Below, one piece after another: positions 18,575-28,822 of a stretch of DNA of 62,483 nt. The position numbers and the translations under genes are program-made. Under the pieces are notes generated by a model, which saw only the letters and a list, made by a program, of their open reading frames with translations, was not told where the DNA came from and ran no database searches. Within the stretch, counting starts at the first letter, position 1, and each line of letters begins with the position of its first letter. The DNA comes from a virus (Duplodnaviria; Caudoviricetes): IMG/VR virus record IMGVR_UViG_3300047440_000118, positions 1 through 62,483 of that record, one strand, 5' to 3'.

Positions 18575-19405
18575 TCAGAACCGTGTCCATCGCGTGATAT
18601 CGACGCGCCCGGTGCCGCCCGCGCAACCCGCCGCGTTCGAACCGCCTCCGGTCCCGCCCGCGCCAGGCGCCGCGTTGCCGCTGCACGCCGCATTGGCCGC
18701 AGGGCCGGCCTGAGAGACGCCATAGAGGGAATTGCCGCCGGGACCGCCGCCGCCGGTTACGCCGCCGGCCGAGCGCACGAACGGCAACCCCACGTAAACA
18801 CCGCCGGCGACACCTGATACGCCAGCAGTGTTTCCGCCGCCGGCGCCACCGTTGCCGCCGCAACCCAACGGAGAGCACGTCGCGGCGCCACCGGCAGCAG
18901 CCTGAATCCCACCCGCGCCAGGCCCATTTCCACCGCCAGCGCCACCAGTGCCGCCCACAGCCGTCGCCCCGAGGTTGCCAAACAGCCCAGCGCCAAGCGT
19001 CATCGTCGTCAGAGGTCCGGTCAATCCGGAGATGGTCAGCGGGGCGGGTGTTGATCCACTCGATCCCGCCGCACCCAACGCACCGCCGGCGGGGATCGCG
19101 AATGTCAGCACCTGTCCGGGCGTCACCGGGACGGGGAAATTCATGATACACGCACCACTGCCGGCGCCGCCGCCACCCGCCGTTGATGCGTTGGCTTGCC
19201 CGCCACCTCCGCCGGCGCCTGGGCCGCATCCAGTGATATACACGAGCGTCACGTCGGCCTCGGCCGTATAGGTGCCGTTGGCGACGAACGTCGTCGTGAC
19301 CCATCGGCCAGATCCAGGGTTGGCCACGGTAACGGGGAGTTGCGCGAGAGCAACAGTCCATGAGGCCGCGAGGATCGCGCTCGCGAGAAGGATGCGGCGG
19401 ATCAT
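18575..19405 (-). CDS. glycine-rich tail-associated protein with signal peptide
   Basis: MIRRILLASAILAASWTVALA-Q; GAGGGGG...GGGGAGSG Gly-rich domain typical of tail proteins. Confidence 0.7.
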   Translation of the reverse strand: MIRRILLASAILAASWTVALAQLPVTVANPGSGRWVTTTFVANGTYTAEADVTLVYITGCGPGAGGGGGQANASTAGGGGAGSGACIMNFPVPVTPGQVLTFAIPAGGALGAAGSSGSTPAPLTISGLTGPLTTMTLGAGLFGNLGATAVGGTGGAGGGNGPGAGGIQAAAGGAATCSPLGCGGNGGAGGGNTAGVSGVAGGVYVGLPFVRSAGGVTGGGGPGGNSLYGVSQAGPAANAACSGNAAPGAGGTGGGSNAAGCAGGTGRVDITRWTRF

Positions 19406-19839
19406 TTGAAATACTCCACGTCGATCGTGGATGATGCCGCCACCTGAATGAACCTGAGGTTGGCCAATCCGGTGCCGAGATTGAAGGTCAACGTTGTTCC
19501 GATCGCGAACGGCCCCATGCCGACCGATGTCGTTGGCGCCGTGGCTCCGTCGCTTGTGTAACGAAGCGAGTTTCCTTCTACCGTGACGGTGGCGATGGTC
19601 GCTGTGGCGGGCACCGTGAGCGCCGTCGATGTCGCTATCGCGAGGCCGTATTGCGCGCCGGCCACTGGCGTCAAAGACCGCGTGGTAACGGAAGTAATTG
19701 GCAACGGGTTCGTGGTTGAAAGCGGAATGAAGATCGAACCACCACCACTACTTGTCCCCCCAAGCCAATACAGATCGGCTTCCGCCGCCCATGCCGAACA
19801 GGGAAGGAACAGGACCAAAGCGAGCAGCCAATGTTTCAT
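19402..19839 (-). CDS. signal-peptide-bearing beta-rich protein
   Basis: MKHWLLALVLFLPCSAWA-A. Confidence 0.7.
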   Translation of the reverse strand: MKHWLLALVLFLPCSAWAAEADLYWLGGTSSGGGSIFIPLSTTNPLPITSVTTRSLTPVAGAQYGLAIATSTALTVPATATIATVTVEGNSLRYTSDGATAPTTSVGMGPFAIGTTLTFNLGTGLANLRFIQVAASSTIDVEYFK

Positions 19840-19855
19840 CGTCCGGTCTCCTGCT

Positions 19856-21619
19856 TCAGGCGGTCACGCCAAACGGCGCGAACAACGAATTGATGACCGC
19901 CGCGCGCTGTATCGCGAGATAGGAGTAGCCAAGTGCGGTCGGATGCGTTTGATCGGAGAAAAGCGCGGTGTCCGTCAGCGTCACGCCGTCTCCCATGATC
20001 GGGTTCATGGCGTAATCGCATAATGCATCAGCGAAAGATGGCCAATTTGTTCTGATGGCGGCGTTTAGCGCGAGGCGGGTTTTGTCTCCCGTCGTTCCAG
20101 TAAGGCCGATCGCGCCATTCGGGATCAGTGTGCATGTTACGGTTTTCACATTCGAACCGAACCTTTTTGCTATCACAAAAAAGGTCGCGAGATCATCCAT
20201 CATCTGTCCGATGGTGCGGCCGGTGTTGATGTCGTTCGTCAGCGCATACAGGAACACGATGAAGTTTCGGATCGCCGGTTTGTATAACCTGTTCATCACC
20301 GGGATTATCTTGGCCAATGCCGCCTGGTTCGCCGATGCCGGGCCAAGGACGTTGCCGCTGCCCGCCATGTTGTATTCACGGGCCGGTATGCTCAACATCG
20401 GAATGCTTTGGTTGATCGAGTTCCGCCCAAGCACCCCAGCCTGTCCGGCGGTGATGCTCTCGCCGAAGTTCACGACGGTATCCATGGTCTGAGGCGCGAT
20501 GTTGAACAGGACCGAGAGCGAACCCCTGATCGCATCGAGTTGTGCCGTCGTCGGGGCCGAGGCGTAGAACAGCATCGCGCCGAGCATGAAGTTGCCGGCG
20601 TTGGCGACGGTCGTGCCGCCGATCGATCCACCAGTGACCGCCACGGCGCCCCGGTTGGTGGTAACGCCTGTCTGAGCGTGGTTGTTGGCGTAGTAAGACG
20701 CGACGTTGGTGTCGCAGTTCCAGACATTCACCGCCGGATCGGCGCGCGATGGAACGTTTGCCGGGCCGCCGCCAGCGGGTAGCCCAAGAGACCCATTGAT
20801 AGACAGCGCCATGGGATATTGCGGCGCACCATTCACGGCGTCGGCGATACACCAGGCGTTGAAGTCCGTGGTCGCGCCCAGCGTCGCCCACATGGAACCT
20901 TGCCCACCGAAATAATTCTGACCGGCGGCGACGATGGTCGCGGTGCGCGGCACGATGGACAGGCCCACCGGCAGGTCGAACCATTTTGATACCAAGGCAG
21001 GCGTCGATCCTTTGGTAATGCTGTCAAGCACCACCACCCGCACGCCGCCGATCGTGTCCACCGCGATGATTGGGCGGTTAGCGGCCACGGTTTGCGTCGC
21101 GTCCAATGCGCCCGTGCCGTGATCGTAAAGAATGTCCACCGTTCCCGGCAGTCCAGCGAGATGCGCGTCAAGGGTCGCCACGTCGAGTTGGCTGATCCCG
21201 TTCTGAACGGCGAATGGAATATCCAATGTGACAACGGAGGAGTTGATGACCCGGATGCAGTTGCCCGCGTACGCCTGGCGCAGCTTCACCGGGCCATAAC
21301 CGGCCGCCGGAGCCAGGATATCCATCGGCAACGCGGCAGCGGTGAGCAGCGGCGTCCACAACGCGAGACCGGCCGTGTTGTTCGCGAGTTGATACAGACG
21401 TTTTGGTGAGCCAGGCGGCGCGAGCCATAAATCGCCGACATTGTAGAGAGACACGTCATCGGTCGGCAGCGGCGAGCGTAGCGCGGCGGGCCGCAAGGTG
21501 TTGAACAGGTTGTTGGCCCCGGTCGCGTTCTCATCTATCGCCGCCGCCATGTTGCCAAGCGCCACGGGCAATTCAGACCTTCCCCAGAGGTCGTGCGCGA
21601 GTTGGGTGGCGGCGGTCAT
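19856..21619 (-). CDS. tail-associated lectin/arabinofuranosidase-like domain plus SGNH esterase
   Basis: YGPVKLRQAYAGNCIRV motif; SGNH blocks FGESIT, TND, DQTHP. Confidence 0.7.
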   Translation of the reverse strand: MTAATQLAHDLWGRSELPVALGNMAAAIDENATGANNLFNTLRPAALRSPLPTDDVSLYNVGDLWLAPPGSPKRLYQLANNTAGLALWTPLLTAAALPMDILAPAAGYGPVKLRQAYAGNCIRVINSSVVTLDIPFAVQNGISQLDVATLDAHLAGLPGTVDILYDHGTGALDATQTVAANRPIIAVDTIGGVRVVVLDSITKGSTPALVSKWFDLPVGLSIVPRTATIVAAGQNYFGGQGSMWATLGATTDFNAWCIADAVNGAPQYPMALSINGSLGLPAGGGPANVPSRADPAVNVWNCDTNVASYYANNHAQTGVTTNRGAVAVTGGSIGGTTVANAGNFMLGAMLFYASAPTTAQLDAIRGSLSVLFNIAPQTMDTVVNFGESITAGQAGVLGRNSINQSIPMLSIPAREYNMAGSGNVLGPASANQAALAKIIPVMNRLYKPAIRNFIVFLYALTNDINTGRTIGQMMDDLATFFVIAKRFGSNVKTVTCTLIPNGAIGLTGTTGDKTRLALNAAIRTNWPSFADALCDYAMNPIMGDGVTLTDTALFSDQTHPTALGYSYLAIQRAAVINSLFAPFGVTA

Positions 21620-21906
21620 TTGCTGCGTCTCCGGATGACATCGATCAGCACGCAGAACGCGGCGAACAGGAACACCGTGCCGATCTGCAACTGTGATGGG
21701 TTGTCGAGAACGTGATCGGCGAGCGTCCACACCGCGCCCACCAGGATCAGCGAGAACAGGTCCGAGATGGCCGTCAGGGCGCGCTGTGAGAGGGCGTGCA
21801 GGCCCGCGAGGATCATGCGGGTGCCAGCGGTGGTCGCGGCGTCGGTGGCGGGTGCCGGGTCGTCAGGGACCGCCTCGAAGGTGCGTCGTGGTTGCGTGCC
21901 GCTCAT
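21616..21906 (-). CDS. two-TM membrane protein
   Basis: Two hydrophobic helices; coupled on both sides. Confidence 0.6.
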   Translation of the reverse strand: MSGTQPRRTFEAVPDDPAPATDAATTAGTRMILAGLHALSQRALTAISDLFSLILVGAVWTLADHVLDNPSQLQIGTVFLFAAFCVLIDVIRRRSK

Positions 21907-23861
21907 CAGACGCCTCCCTGGCATTGGAACAAGATCTGCGTCCCCGCGAGGTCGGATGCCGAGGTCACGGCCCAGGTATCCGGTGCGGTTTGCGCCGTGG
22001 CGAATGTAACCCCGATACTTGGCGCGAAAAGACACGACGGCAGAGTTTGATTGATCGGCACGACAAGGGAACAACTGTTTACCGGCCCCGGCGCCCCGAC
22101 GTTGATTTGCCCCGACAGCGTGCCCGTCACGGATGCGCCGGTCCCGCATCCAGTCGCGGTGGCGATGGGTGGCCGATCCCAGGAATTGACCTGATAGGCC
22201 GCCGATCCCGCTCCGGTGAGGCTGACGGAGGCCACATCCGAGCCCGACGACGCGTTGGCGACGATGCTTGTCACGGAGGCATACGCGGCGATGATCGCCT
22301 CATGGAACGAGAGGAACAGGTTATCGGAAACGAGCAACCGTGAGATCGCCACGGTTTTTATCCCATGACGATGCGTGGCCGCCCCTGTGTTGCCATAGCC
22401 GAACACCGCGTTTCGCATCACGATCGCGGTGTCGCCGTTGTTGGCGGTCTGATTGACCACGTAATGGTCCACGCCGGTCTCGCCGGTCCCGACCGAGCCG
22501 ACCTTGCCGCCGATCATATACAGAGACGATCCGCTGGCCTTGAAGAAGTCGCCCGTCGCCCCGCCCGCCGTGAACCCATCGAGCGTGAGTTGCGCGCTGT
22601 TGCCCAGGTCGAAGCAGTTTGTCACTATTTCGGTGTGGCCGACGACGCCGCACCCGGCCACCGATCCCCGGAAGACGTTGTTGATGCCCCAGATGCCTCC
22701 GGATGTCGTGTCGATCAGGGTTCCTGTCGCGTCCCATGCCGCCTCCACGATGGAGCCGGTGAACAACGACCCGGAGTCGATCTTGAAAGCGTATCTCCAG
22801 GCAAAAGATTCCGAAGAACTCAGGACGATCGTCACCCCCGGCCCCGTGTCGGCGGCGCCATGGAAGATCGTGTTGAACTGCGCGGCGGTGTTCACCGTGG
22901 CGACGCACGATCCGTAATTGCACAGGTCATACCAAGGGACCGGCGTGAACCGCATGTTGGACAACGCGAACGAATCGCCCGTCTTGCTCAATGTGAACAG
23001 GTCATGGACGGCATACATCGTGGAGTCGGAGACCTTGATGTCCACCCACGATGTCGGCGCGTTCTGCCTGAACCCGTCATAGCCGTTGATGATGTTGAAG
23101 TTGTTGACGTAGGCGTGGCCGCACTGATTGGTGCCGTCATCTGTCACCAGTGGAGGGTAGGCCGTCGTTCCGCTGGTCTGATTGGGCCAATAAGCGTTCA
23201 TACCCTGAAGCGACCAGCCGAGGTGACAAACGAACGGCTTGACCGTCGTGGATGTCAGCAGCAGCGTCGTGCCACCGGGCACATTGGTCCCGGATGACGC
23301 GGGCACACCCGCCCCGAATATGGCGCAATTGCGCAGATCGCTGGTGGCGGTGCCAGTGAGGAGTATCTTCCCGGCTGGAAGCAAGAGTTGCAGTCCGCCG
23401 GCCGCGCACGCGTCGATCGCCGCCTTGAGCGCCACGTCATCGGAGGTCACGCCATCGGCTTTGACGCCATACGTGGTGGCGGCGATCCACGGCACGTTGA
23501 TCGGCTGGCCGGGAATGATCGGCAGCGGTATGGCGATCCCGTTCACCGAGATGGTGAATGGCAGGCTGGGACCGCTCAATGTCGTGGATGTGAGAAACGA
23601 TCCGGTTGGCGTGGCTCCGATGCACAGTTGCGACACCGCGCCCGTCTTGCTGTTCTGCGCGCAGATCGAGCGTTGGTTGTTGTTCGCGACACCGATCCCG
23701 CCCGTGATCTGCGGCGTCGATGGCGTGCCGCCGTCCTGAATCACGCCGTCGGCTGTCCAGACAGGAACGTGCCCTGGCGTGACGGTCCCGGATTGGCGCA
23801 CGGACTGCGCCGACGCAAGCGCGGGGAGAAGCGACAGTATGAGGGCGGCGATGAATCTCAC
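21906..23861 (-). CDS. tailspike-like beta-helix protein with signal peptide
   Basis: MRFIAALILSLLPALASA-Q; YGVKADGVTSDDVALKAAID pectate-lyase-like start; Cys-rich. Confidence 0.75.
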   Translation of the reverse strand: MRFIAALILSLLPALASAQSVRQSGTVTPGHVPVWTADGVIQDGGTPSTPQITGGIGVANNNQRSICAQNSKTGAVSQLCIGATPTGSFLTSTTLSGPSLPFTISVNGIAIPLPIIPGQPINVPWIAATTYGVKADGVTSDDVALKAAIDACAAGGLQLLLPAGKILLTGTATSDLRNCAIFGAGVPASSGTNVPGGTTLLLTSTTVKPFVCHLGWSLQGMNAYWPNQTSGTTAYPPLVTDDGTNQCGHAYVNNFNIINGYDGFRQNAPTSWVDIKVSDSTMYAVHDLFTLSKTGDSFALSNMRFTPVPWYDLCNYGSCVATVNTAAQFNTIFHGAADTGPGVTIVLSSSESFAWRYAFKIDSGSLFTGSIVEAAWDATGTLIDTTSGGIWGINNVFRGSVAGCGVVGHTEIVTNCFDLGNSAQLTLDGFTAGGATGDFFKASGSSLYMIGGKVGSVGTGETGVDHYVVNQTANNGDTAIVMRNAVFGYGNTGAATHRHGIKTVAISRLLVSDNLFLSFHEAIIAAYASVTSIVANASSGSDVASVSLTGAGSAAYQVNSWDRPPIATATGCGTGASVTGTLSGQINVGAPGPVNSCSLVVPINQTLPSCLFAPSIGVTFATAQTAPDTWAVTSASDLAGTQILFQCQGGV

Positions 23862-24064
23862 TTCGGCGTCTCCGGTTGTTTCGCCGCGTCCGCCTTCAGC
23901 TTCGCCAGTTCGGCCTCAAGCTGATTGATCCTGCCGCGCAACTGCACCTTGCCGCCCACGCAATCCATGATCTCGGCGCCGAGCGCGGCGGTATCAGGTG
24001 GTGGCGCCTGCGCGAGCGCGGCCGGGGCCAACAGACACGCGACGAGCGTGAGGCGGATCAACAT
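23858..24064 (-). CDS. small coiled-coil protein with signal peptide
   Basis: MLIRLTLVACLLAPAALA-Q; heptad C-terminus. Confidence 0.65.
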   Translation of the reverse strand: MLIRLTLVACLLAPAALAQAPPPDTAALGAEIMDCVGGKVQLRGRINQLEAELAKLKADAAKQPETPK

Positions 24065-25839
24065 CCCGCCCCCACGTTGTCAACGATCGTTACCGGGGTC
24101 GCGCTCGTTCCGGCCCGCGCGACGATCTTGCATGAACCCGCGTTGGTGCCGGCCTCGGCGGTCAGTTTCAGGAACCCCGCGCCCACGGCGGAATTCGGAT
24201 CGGTGATTTTCGTCATCCCAACTTCGCCGCCACTCGTCACGAAAAGCCCCGTGGCGATCGGCCCAAGTTTCGCGATGCCGCCGCCGGTCGATGTCAGGGC
24301 GACGTTCGCGGCACTTCCCCCGTTGGTTATCTGCAACCAGTTTCCGGTCGAGATGTAGTTGAGGTTAAAGAACGACGCGAGCGCCGTCGCGGAATCGGTG
24401 AACCGAACAATCTCGGCGCCTGATGTCGGCTGAAAGAAACTGAGATTGCCCGACGCCCACTTCACCGAAACCGGGGAAATCGAGCCGGCCAGGATCATGT
24501 TTCCCGTGTCGCCGACTTTGAGGACGTCGCTTCCGCTGACCCGGTAGGTCAAACTGGTGGCGGTCGTATCGTAACGCATCGTGCGGAGGTTCTGCGTGAT
24601 CGCCGTGCCGCCGCCGCTGAAATCAACCGGCATGTTGGGCGCTAGGCGCACCCCGGCGGCGGTCGCGCCCGTGAGTGTCGCCCATGACAGATCGACCGGC
24701 GCATCGTAAAACGGCCCCAGCGCAAATATGCCCGCCCCCATTTGCGCGTCGGCGTGCGATGACAGGTCAATCCCTCGCGATACCTGCATCGCGATCGTCG
24801 TTCCGAACGCCCATGTCACACCGCCATCCGTCACCGTTCCTGGCGCGACCGGCCATGTCGGTTGCACCCCGGATGACGTGCCGGGGGTTTGCACCACGTA
24901 AGTAAAACCGTTCGCGACGGTCGGCTGCACCACGGCGCCGGCCGCATAGGCGTGCCCCGCCTGCCACACCGGAGGCAGATATGCGCTCGCAGTCAGATGC
25001 AGGAACGCCCGACCGCCCTGGGACGGATCGTGTACCGTTGAGGCAGTTTCCGGCCCGTTGGCCTGGATACCGCTTTCGAAGCCGACTTCGGACGCATTCG
25101 CGACCACGCCGCTACTGTCAACGGTCTGGCCGAAAAATTGCCATGTGGCACCAGCGCCGGTTCGGAAGATCGATCCAGCGACCGCGACGTCTTGATTGTT
25201 GTTCCCGCCGGTCGAGGCGGCGTTCACGATGGAATTGATGCCCCAACTATATTGCGTGTTGCCCGGGCGCGGATTGGTGTTGATTGCCAGCGTGGCCGCG
25301 ACTCCGCCGAGTGGCGCGGCGGTCCAGGTGTTGGTGGCATCGAGGCGTAGCAGCGGACCGGTCACGGCCGATGTGCTTTGCCGCGTCAAAAACCGCCCGC
25401 CGCCGAACGCGGTCTCAACGACGTCGCCCGCGCCTATCCCCAGCACCGGCGATATTCCATCCGGGAAAGTCGTTCCGTCCAAATGCCACAGCACGGTGGA
25501 TGGTCCCGCCGTGGGGTTCACTGTTTTCAACAGTTTGCCATCGGGCAAATAGATGGTTTGGTCTTTGGTCGCCGCGCCACGAGCCGCCTGAAGCGCGGCG
25601 TTATCGTTGGTGGTGCCATCGAGCGCCGCACCGAAGTCCTTGACGTTGAGAACATCGGCCGCCCGATCAGCGAGCGTGCGCGCGGTCGTGCTTCCCGTCG
25701 CCGTGATGCTACCCGAGAGCGTGTTGGCCGCGACCGCGTTGAACGATGGTGACGGGCAATCCGCGAGGTTGGCGGGGCAGGATGCGAACGCGGGCGCGGA
25801 GAGTAGCGCGAGAAGCGAGGCGCCAACGATTATTCTCAT
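24058..25839 (-). CDS. tailspike/fibre-like protein with signal peptide and carbohydrate-binding-like module
   Basis: MRIIVGASLLALLSAPAFA-S; TARTLADR...LNVKDFGAALDGTTNDNAALQAA; WQAGHAYAAG...PTWP...DGGVTW module. Confidence 0.75.
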   Translation of the reverse strand: MRIIVGASLLALLSAPAFASCPANLADCPSPSFNAVAANTLSGSITATGSTTARTLADRAADVLNVKDFGAALDGTTNDNAALQAARGAATKDQTIYLPDGKLLKTVNPTAGPSTVLWHLDGTTFPDGISPVLGIGAGDVVETAFGGGRFLTRQSTSAVTGPLLRLDATNTWTAAPLGGVAATLAINTNPRPGNTQYSWGINSIVNAASTGGNNNQDVAVAGSIFRTGAGATWQFFGQTVDSSGVVANASEVGFESGIQANGPETASTVHDPSQGGRAFLHLTASAYLPPVWQAGHAYAAGAVVQPTVANGFTYVVQTPGTSSGVQPTWPVAPGTVTDGGVTWAFGTTIAMQVSRGIDLSSHADAQMGAGIFALGPFYDAPVDLSWATLTGATAAGVRLAPNMPVDFSGGGTAITQNLRTMRYDTTATSLTYRVSGSDVLKVGDTGNMILAGSISPVSVKWASGNLSFFQPTSGAEIVRFTDSATALASFFNLNYISTGNWLQITNGGSAANVALTSTGGGIAKLGPIATGLFVTSGGEVGMTKITDPNSAVGAGFLKLTAEAGTNAGSCKIVARAGTSATPVTIVDNVGAGC

Positions 25840-26243
25840 GTGATGCTGACCACGCCGCCGTTGTTCCAGAGCGTTCCGGAAGGCAGGCCGGCGGAACTCG
25901 TTGGAAGGGTGTTCCCGCCGGAGACCAGGAAGAACGCCGATGGAAATGGGTAAGTCGTTCCGTTCACGATGAAGTTCAGCGACAACGCCGCGCCTCCGTT
26001 GAACGCCTCCAGGGTGATATTGGCCGCCGTGGGGGTGATGCCGATGCTGATGGTGGAATGCGCGACGGCGGTTGTCCCATTGGCGACCGCGATGGCCGTT
26101 CCGTTCGACGAAATGACGCCGAACCCGCCAGATGCCTTGGGGTTGTCCGGCGTGCCCGCGTCCTCAAGAACGCCGTCCGTCGTCCAGACAGCGAGGTGCC
26201 CCGGCGTGACGGTGGACGACTGGATGACCGGGGGGTTCGCCAT
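25836..26243 (-). CDS. tail protein sharing N-terminal motif with 21906-23861, no signal peptide
   Basis: QSSTVTPGHLAVWTTDGVLEDAGTP versus QSGTVTPGHVPVWTADGVIQDGGTP. Confidence 0.7.
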   Translation of the reverse strand: MANPPVIQSSTVTPGHLAVWTTDGVLEDAGTPDNPKASGGFGVISSNGTAIAVANGTTAVAHSTISIGITPTAANITLEAFNGGAALSLNFIVNGTTYPFPSAFFLVSGGNTLPTSSAGLPSGTLWNNGGVVSIT

Positions 26244-26247
26244 GGTG

Positions 26248-26385
26248 TTATTTGCCACCCTTGCCCTTCGGCTTGTGCGCTGGCCTGGTGTGCCGCGTTT
26301 CCATCTTCTCATCGCGCGGCATCGACGGTGACGCGGCGGCGAAACGTGCTGACTTCGGGGGTGGAGGCGGCGGTTTCTTGGGCAT
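26248..26385 (-). CDS. small Lys/Pro-rich basic protein
   Basis: MPKKPPPPPPKSARF...KPKGKGGK; AAGGGA RBS. Confidence 0.5.
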   Translation of the reverse strand: MPKKPPPPPPKSARFAAASPSMPRDEKMETRHTRPAHKPKGKGGK

Positions 26386-26391
26386 GGTCAG

Positions 26392-26663
26392 TTGTCCCTT
26401 GAGAGTGTTTCGGCGGTTCCGTTGAGGCTTTTCTTCAGCGCGGCGAACGATCCGGTGACATCGGGCGGCTCTTTGCCCTTGGCTTTGCTTGACGCGAGAT
26501 ACCACGTCGAGACGGCCTTGAAGACATCGACGGGATCGAGGCGGGGTTCGGGCTTCTCGCCATCGACGGGCGGCCAGAACGGGCGGGGTTGCGGATCAAG
26601 CGCGCTGTCGAGCAGCTTTTCGGCGAGTTTCGTCAGCTTCGTTTCGATCACGGGCGGTCTCAT
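26392..26663 (-). CDS. hypothetical protein
   Basis: ATGA-coupled to upstream gene. Confidence 0.55.
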
Positions 26664-28822
26664 GGCGGGCCGCCGAGTTGATCGAGAGTCTGTTGCGTGC
26701 CGCGCTGGATCGTCAGTTGACCGGGGCGGATATTCGACTGTCCCAACATGCGACCGGCGACGGTGTGACCGGGGAGGCGATTCGTCGCGACTCCTTCCGC
26801 CGGGATCGCGGTCGGGTCCATCAGGATATCCGCGATTTTCTTGTTCAGCACCGGATCGGGACGCAAAGCGAAAGCCCGCACCGATCGCCAAGCGGATAAC
26901 AAACTGGCGAGATAGTTCCCATGGGCCGCATGACCCATTGAGTGGGCGCCTCTGATCCCCGCTTCGAGTGTGTGGTTCACATCCTCCGATAGGCGATTCG
27001 CCGTCTGAGAATTGCCCATCGTGTTCAGCTTGGTCTCGAACATCCGTCGTTCGGTATCGACGCGCTGGATGAAGTCCATGGCCGCCTCCGGTGTCGGAAA
27101 CACCGCTTTCATGCGCTCTTTCATAAATGGGGTATTGAGCAACGTCTTGGCTTCGTCGCCCTTCACCGAAAGGTTGCCGATTTTCTCGCGCAGGCGGTTC
27201 GCCACACCGATCCTCATGAACTCCTTCTCGGGTTCGCTCATCGCCTTGACCACATCGGCGAGGTCTTCCGGGTTGGCGAACTTCTCGAAGTTCTTGCCGG
27301 TGTTCAGCGCGTCGTCCGCCGCCGCCTCGCCGGCCCATGTGGAACGGGCCTTCTTATACATCGGGTTGATTTCGTCCACGTCCTGAAGGAATTGCTCGCG
27401 GACCAGATAGATTTCCCGGCCGCGTTGCGTCAGCGAACCATCGGCCTGGCGTTCGGACTGTATGATGTGATCCATGCCGCGCTTCACGGCGTCGAGCGTC
27501 TTCATGTTGGGCGTCTTACCGACGATCGGGTTGCCCAGCTCGTCGGCGCCGATGATCGTGTATTCGGTCGGGTCGATCGTCGTGCGTTTGGCGAGACCTT
27601 CCAGACGTTGCGATTCCATGCCGCGCCTGATCCCGGCCCGCACGATCGGGTCTTCAAGCACGGTCTGGATGTAGGGCGTCCACACCGCGCCGGGCTTGTT
27701 CATCTCGGCGTCGGCCTGACTTTGCCGCAGGATGTCGTGAACCTGCGTCTTCTGGCCTTCTGCCTGATCGAGCGCCCGTTCAGCGCGACGAACGGCCATC
27801 TCGGCATCCCGGACTTCCTCGCGGGCGGCACTCTCGGAATAGACGTTGCCGCCGGTCTGCGTCAGTTTCGCGCGCGCGGCGGTGAGTTGGTTGTTGGCGT
27901 GGTTCAGATCGTTCGACGCTTCCTGGGATGCCTTCGCCGCTTTGTTCCACGCGCCGGTTATCTGGTGTTCGAGCGGCGCGATGCTGCCGCCTTCATACGC
28001 CGCGTCATACAGCGGTTGCGAGATAAGTTGCTGGTTCTGCTTGATCCCGGCATGGGTCTGTTTCGTAGTCGGACTGGTGCCGAGACCTTGCGCGATATCG
28101 GCCTGAGACCGTGGATAGGCTCCCTCATCCCGTTCGGTCAGGGTTTTCGTGACTGCCTGCTTGGCCTCGCCGGGTTGGCGGGCCATCGTGCCAAGCAAGC
28201 CGCGCGTGTTCTCGCCAACGTCCGCGAGCATAAGCGGTTTACCGCTCTCACGCCCGACGCGAAGTTCTTCGGCGACCTCGGCCGGCGTCGATCCTTGCGC
28301 CTTCATGTCTTGCGCGAGGCGCTTCGTGACCATGCGGGTTGCCTTGTCGGGGGCCGACGCCCCGACGCCGCCAGCGACCCCTCCAGCGCCCGGCAGATCA
28401 CCCGCGCCGAACCCCATCAGAGTTGAGAACGCGCCGAACTCGTCAGGGTCCAGACCCTTGATGGTTTCAGGCCTCAAAGGGCCGTGCATCCGGTCGTAAA
28501 GCTTCTTCGCGCCGCGCCCGATCGATCCGGCGATTTCCGGCACGATGACCTCGCCAACGCCCGCGATGGTCGCGATCGGCTCCGGAAGCATGTTGGAGAA
28601 GCGCACCATGGGATGTTCTTCGTCCCACGTCTTCGGCTTCCCGGCCGGCTTCGTCGGAGCGGGTTTGTTGGGAACATCCCATCCCGTGTAATCGGCCTTG
28701 GTCGGTTGCGGCGGCGGCTCAAGCGGCATCCCGCCCGACGTGTTGGCGTTTGCCAGTGGCGCTGATTGCCACGCTGGCGTCGCGTCACTGACGACCGGGG
28801 CGTCTTCCCATGCGTTCGCCAT
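26660..28822 (-). CDS. internal virion/DNA ejection protein
   Basis: Large helical protein in ejection-gene position; N-terminal WEDAP repeats. Confidence 0.6.
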   Translation of the reverse strand: MANAWEDAPVVSDATPAWQSAPLANANTSGGMPLEPPPQPTKADYTGWDVPNKPAPTKPAGKPKTWDEEHPMVRFSNMLPEPIATIAGVGEVIVPEIAGSIGRGAKKLYDRMHGPLRPETIKGLDPDEFGAFSTLMGFGAGDLPGAGGVAGGVGASAPDKATRMVTKRLAQDMKAQGSTPAEVAEELRVGRESGKPLMLADVGENTRGLLGTMARQPGEAKQAVTKTLTERDEGAYPRSQADIAQGLGTSPTTKQTHAGIKQNQQLISQPLYDAAYEGGSIAPLEHQITGAWNKAAKASQEASNDLNHANNQLTAARAKLTQTGGNVYSESAAREEVRDAEMAVRRAERALDQAEGQKTQVHDILRQSQADAEMNKPGAVWTPYIQTVLEDPIVRAGIRRGMESQRLEGLAKRTTIDPTEYTIIGADELGNPIVGKTPNMKTLDAVKRGMDHIIQSERQADGSLTQRGREIYLVREQFLQDVDEINPMYKKARSTWAGEAAADDALNTGKNFEKFANPEDLADVVKAMSEPEKEFMRIGVANRLREKIGNLSVKGDEAKTLLNTPFMKERMKAVFPTPEAAMDFIQRVDTERRMFETKLNTMGNSQTANRLSEDVNHTLEAGIRGAHSMGHAAHGNYLASLLSAWRSVRAFALRPDPVLNKKIADILMDPTAIPAEGVATNRLPGHTVAGRMLGQSNIRPGQLTIQRGTQQTLDQLGGPP

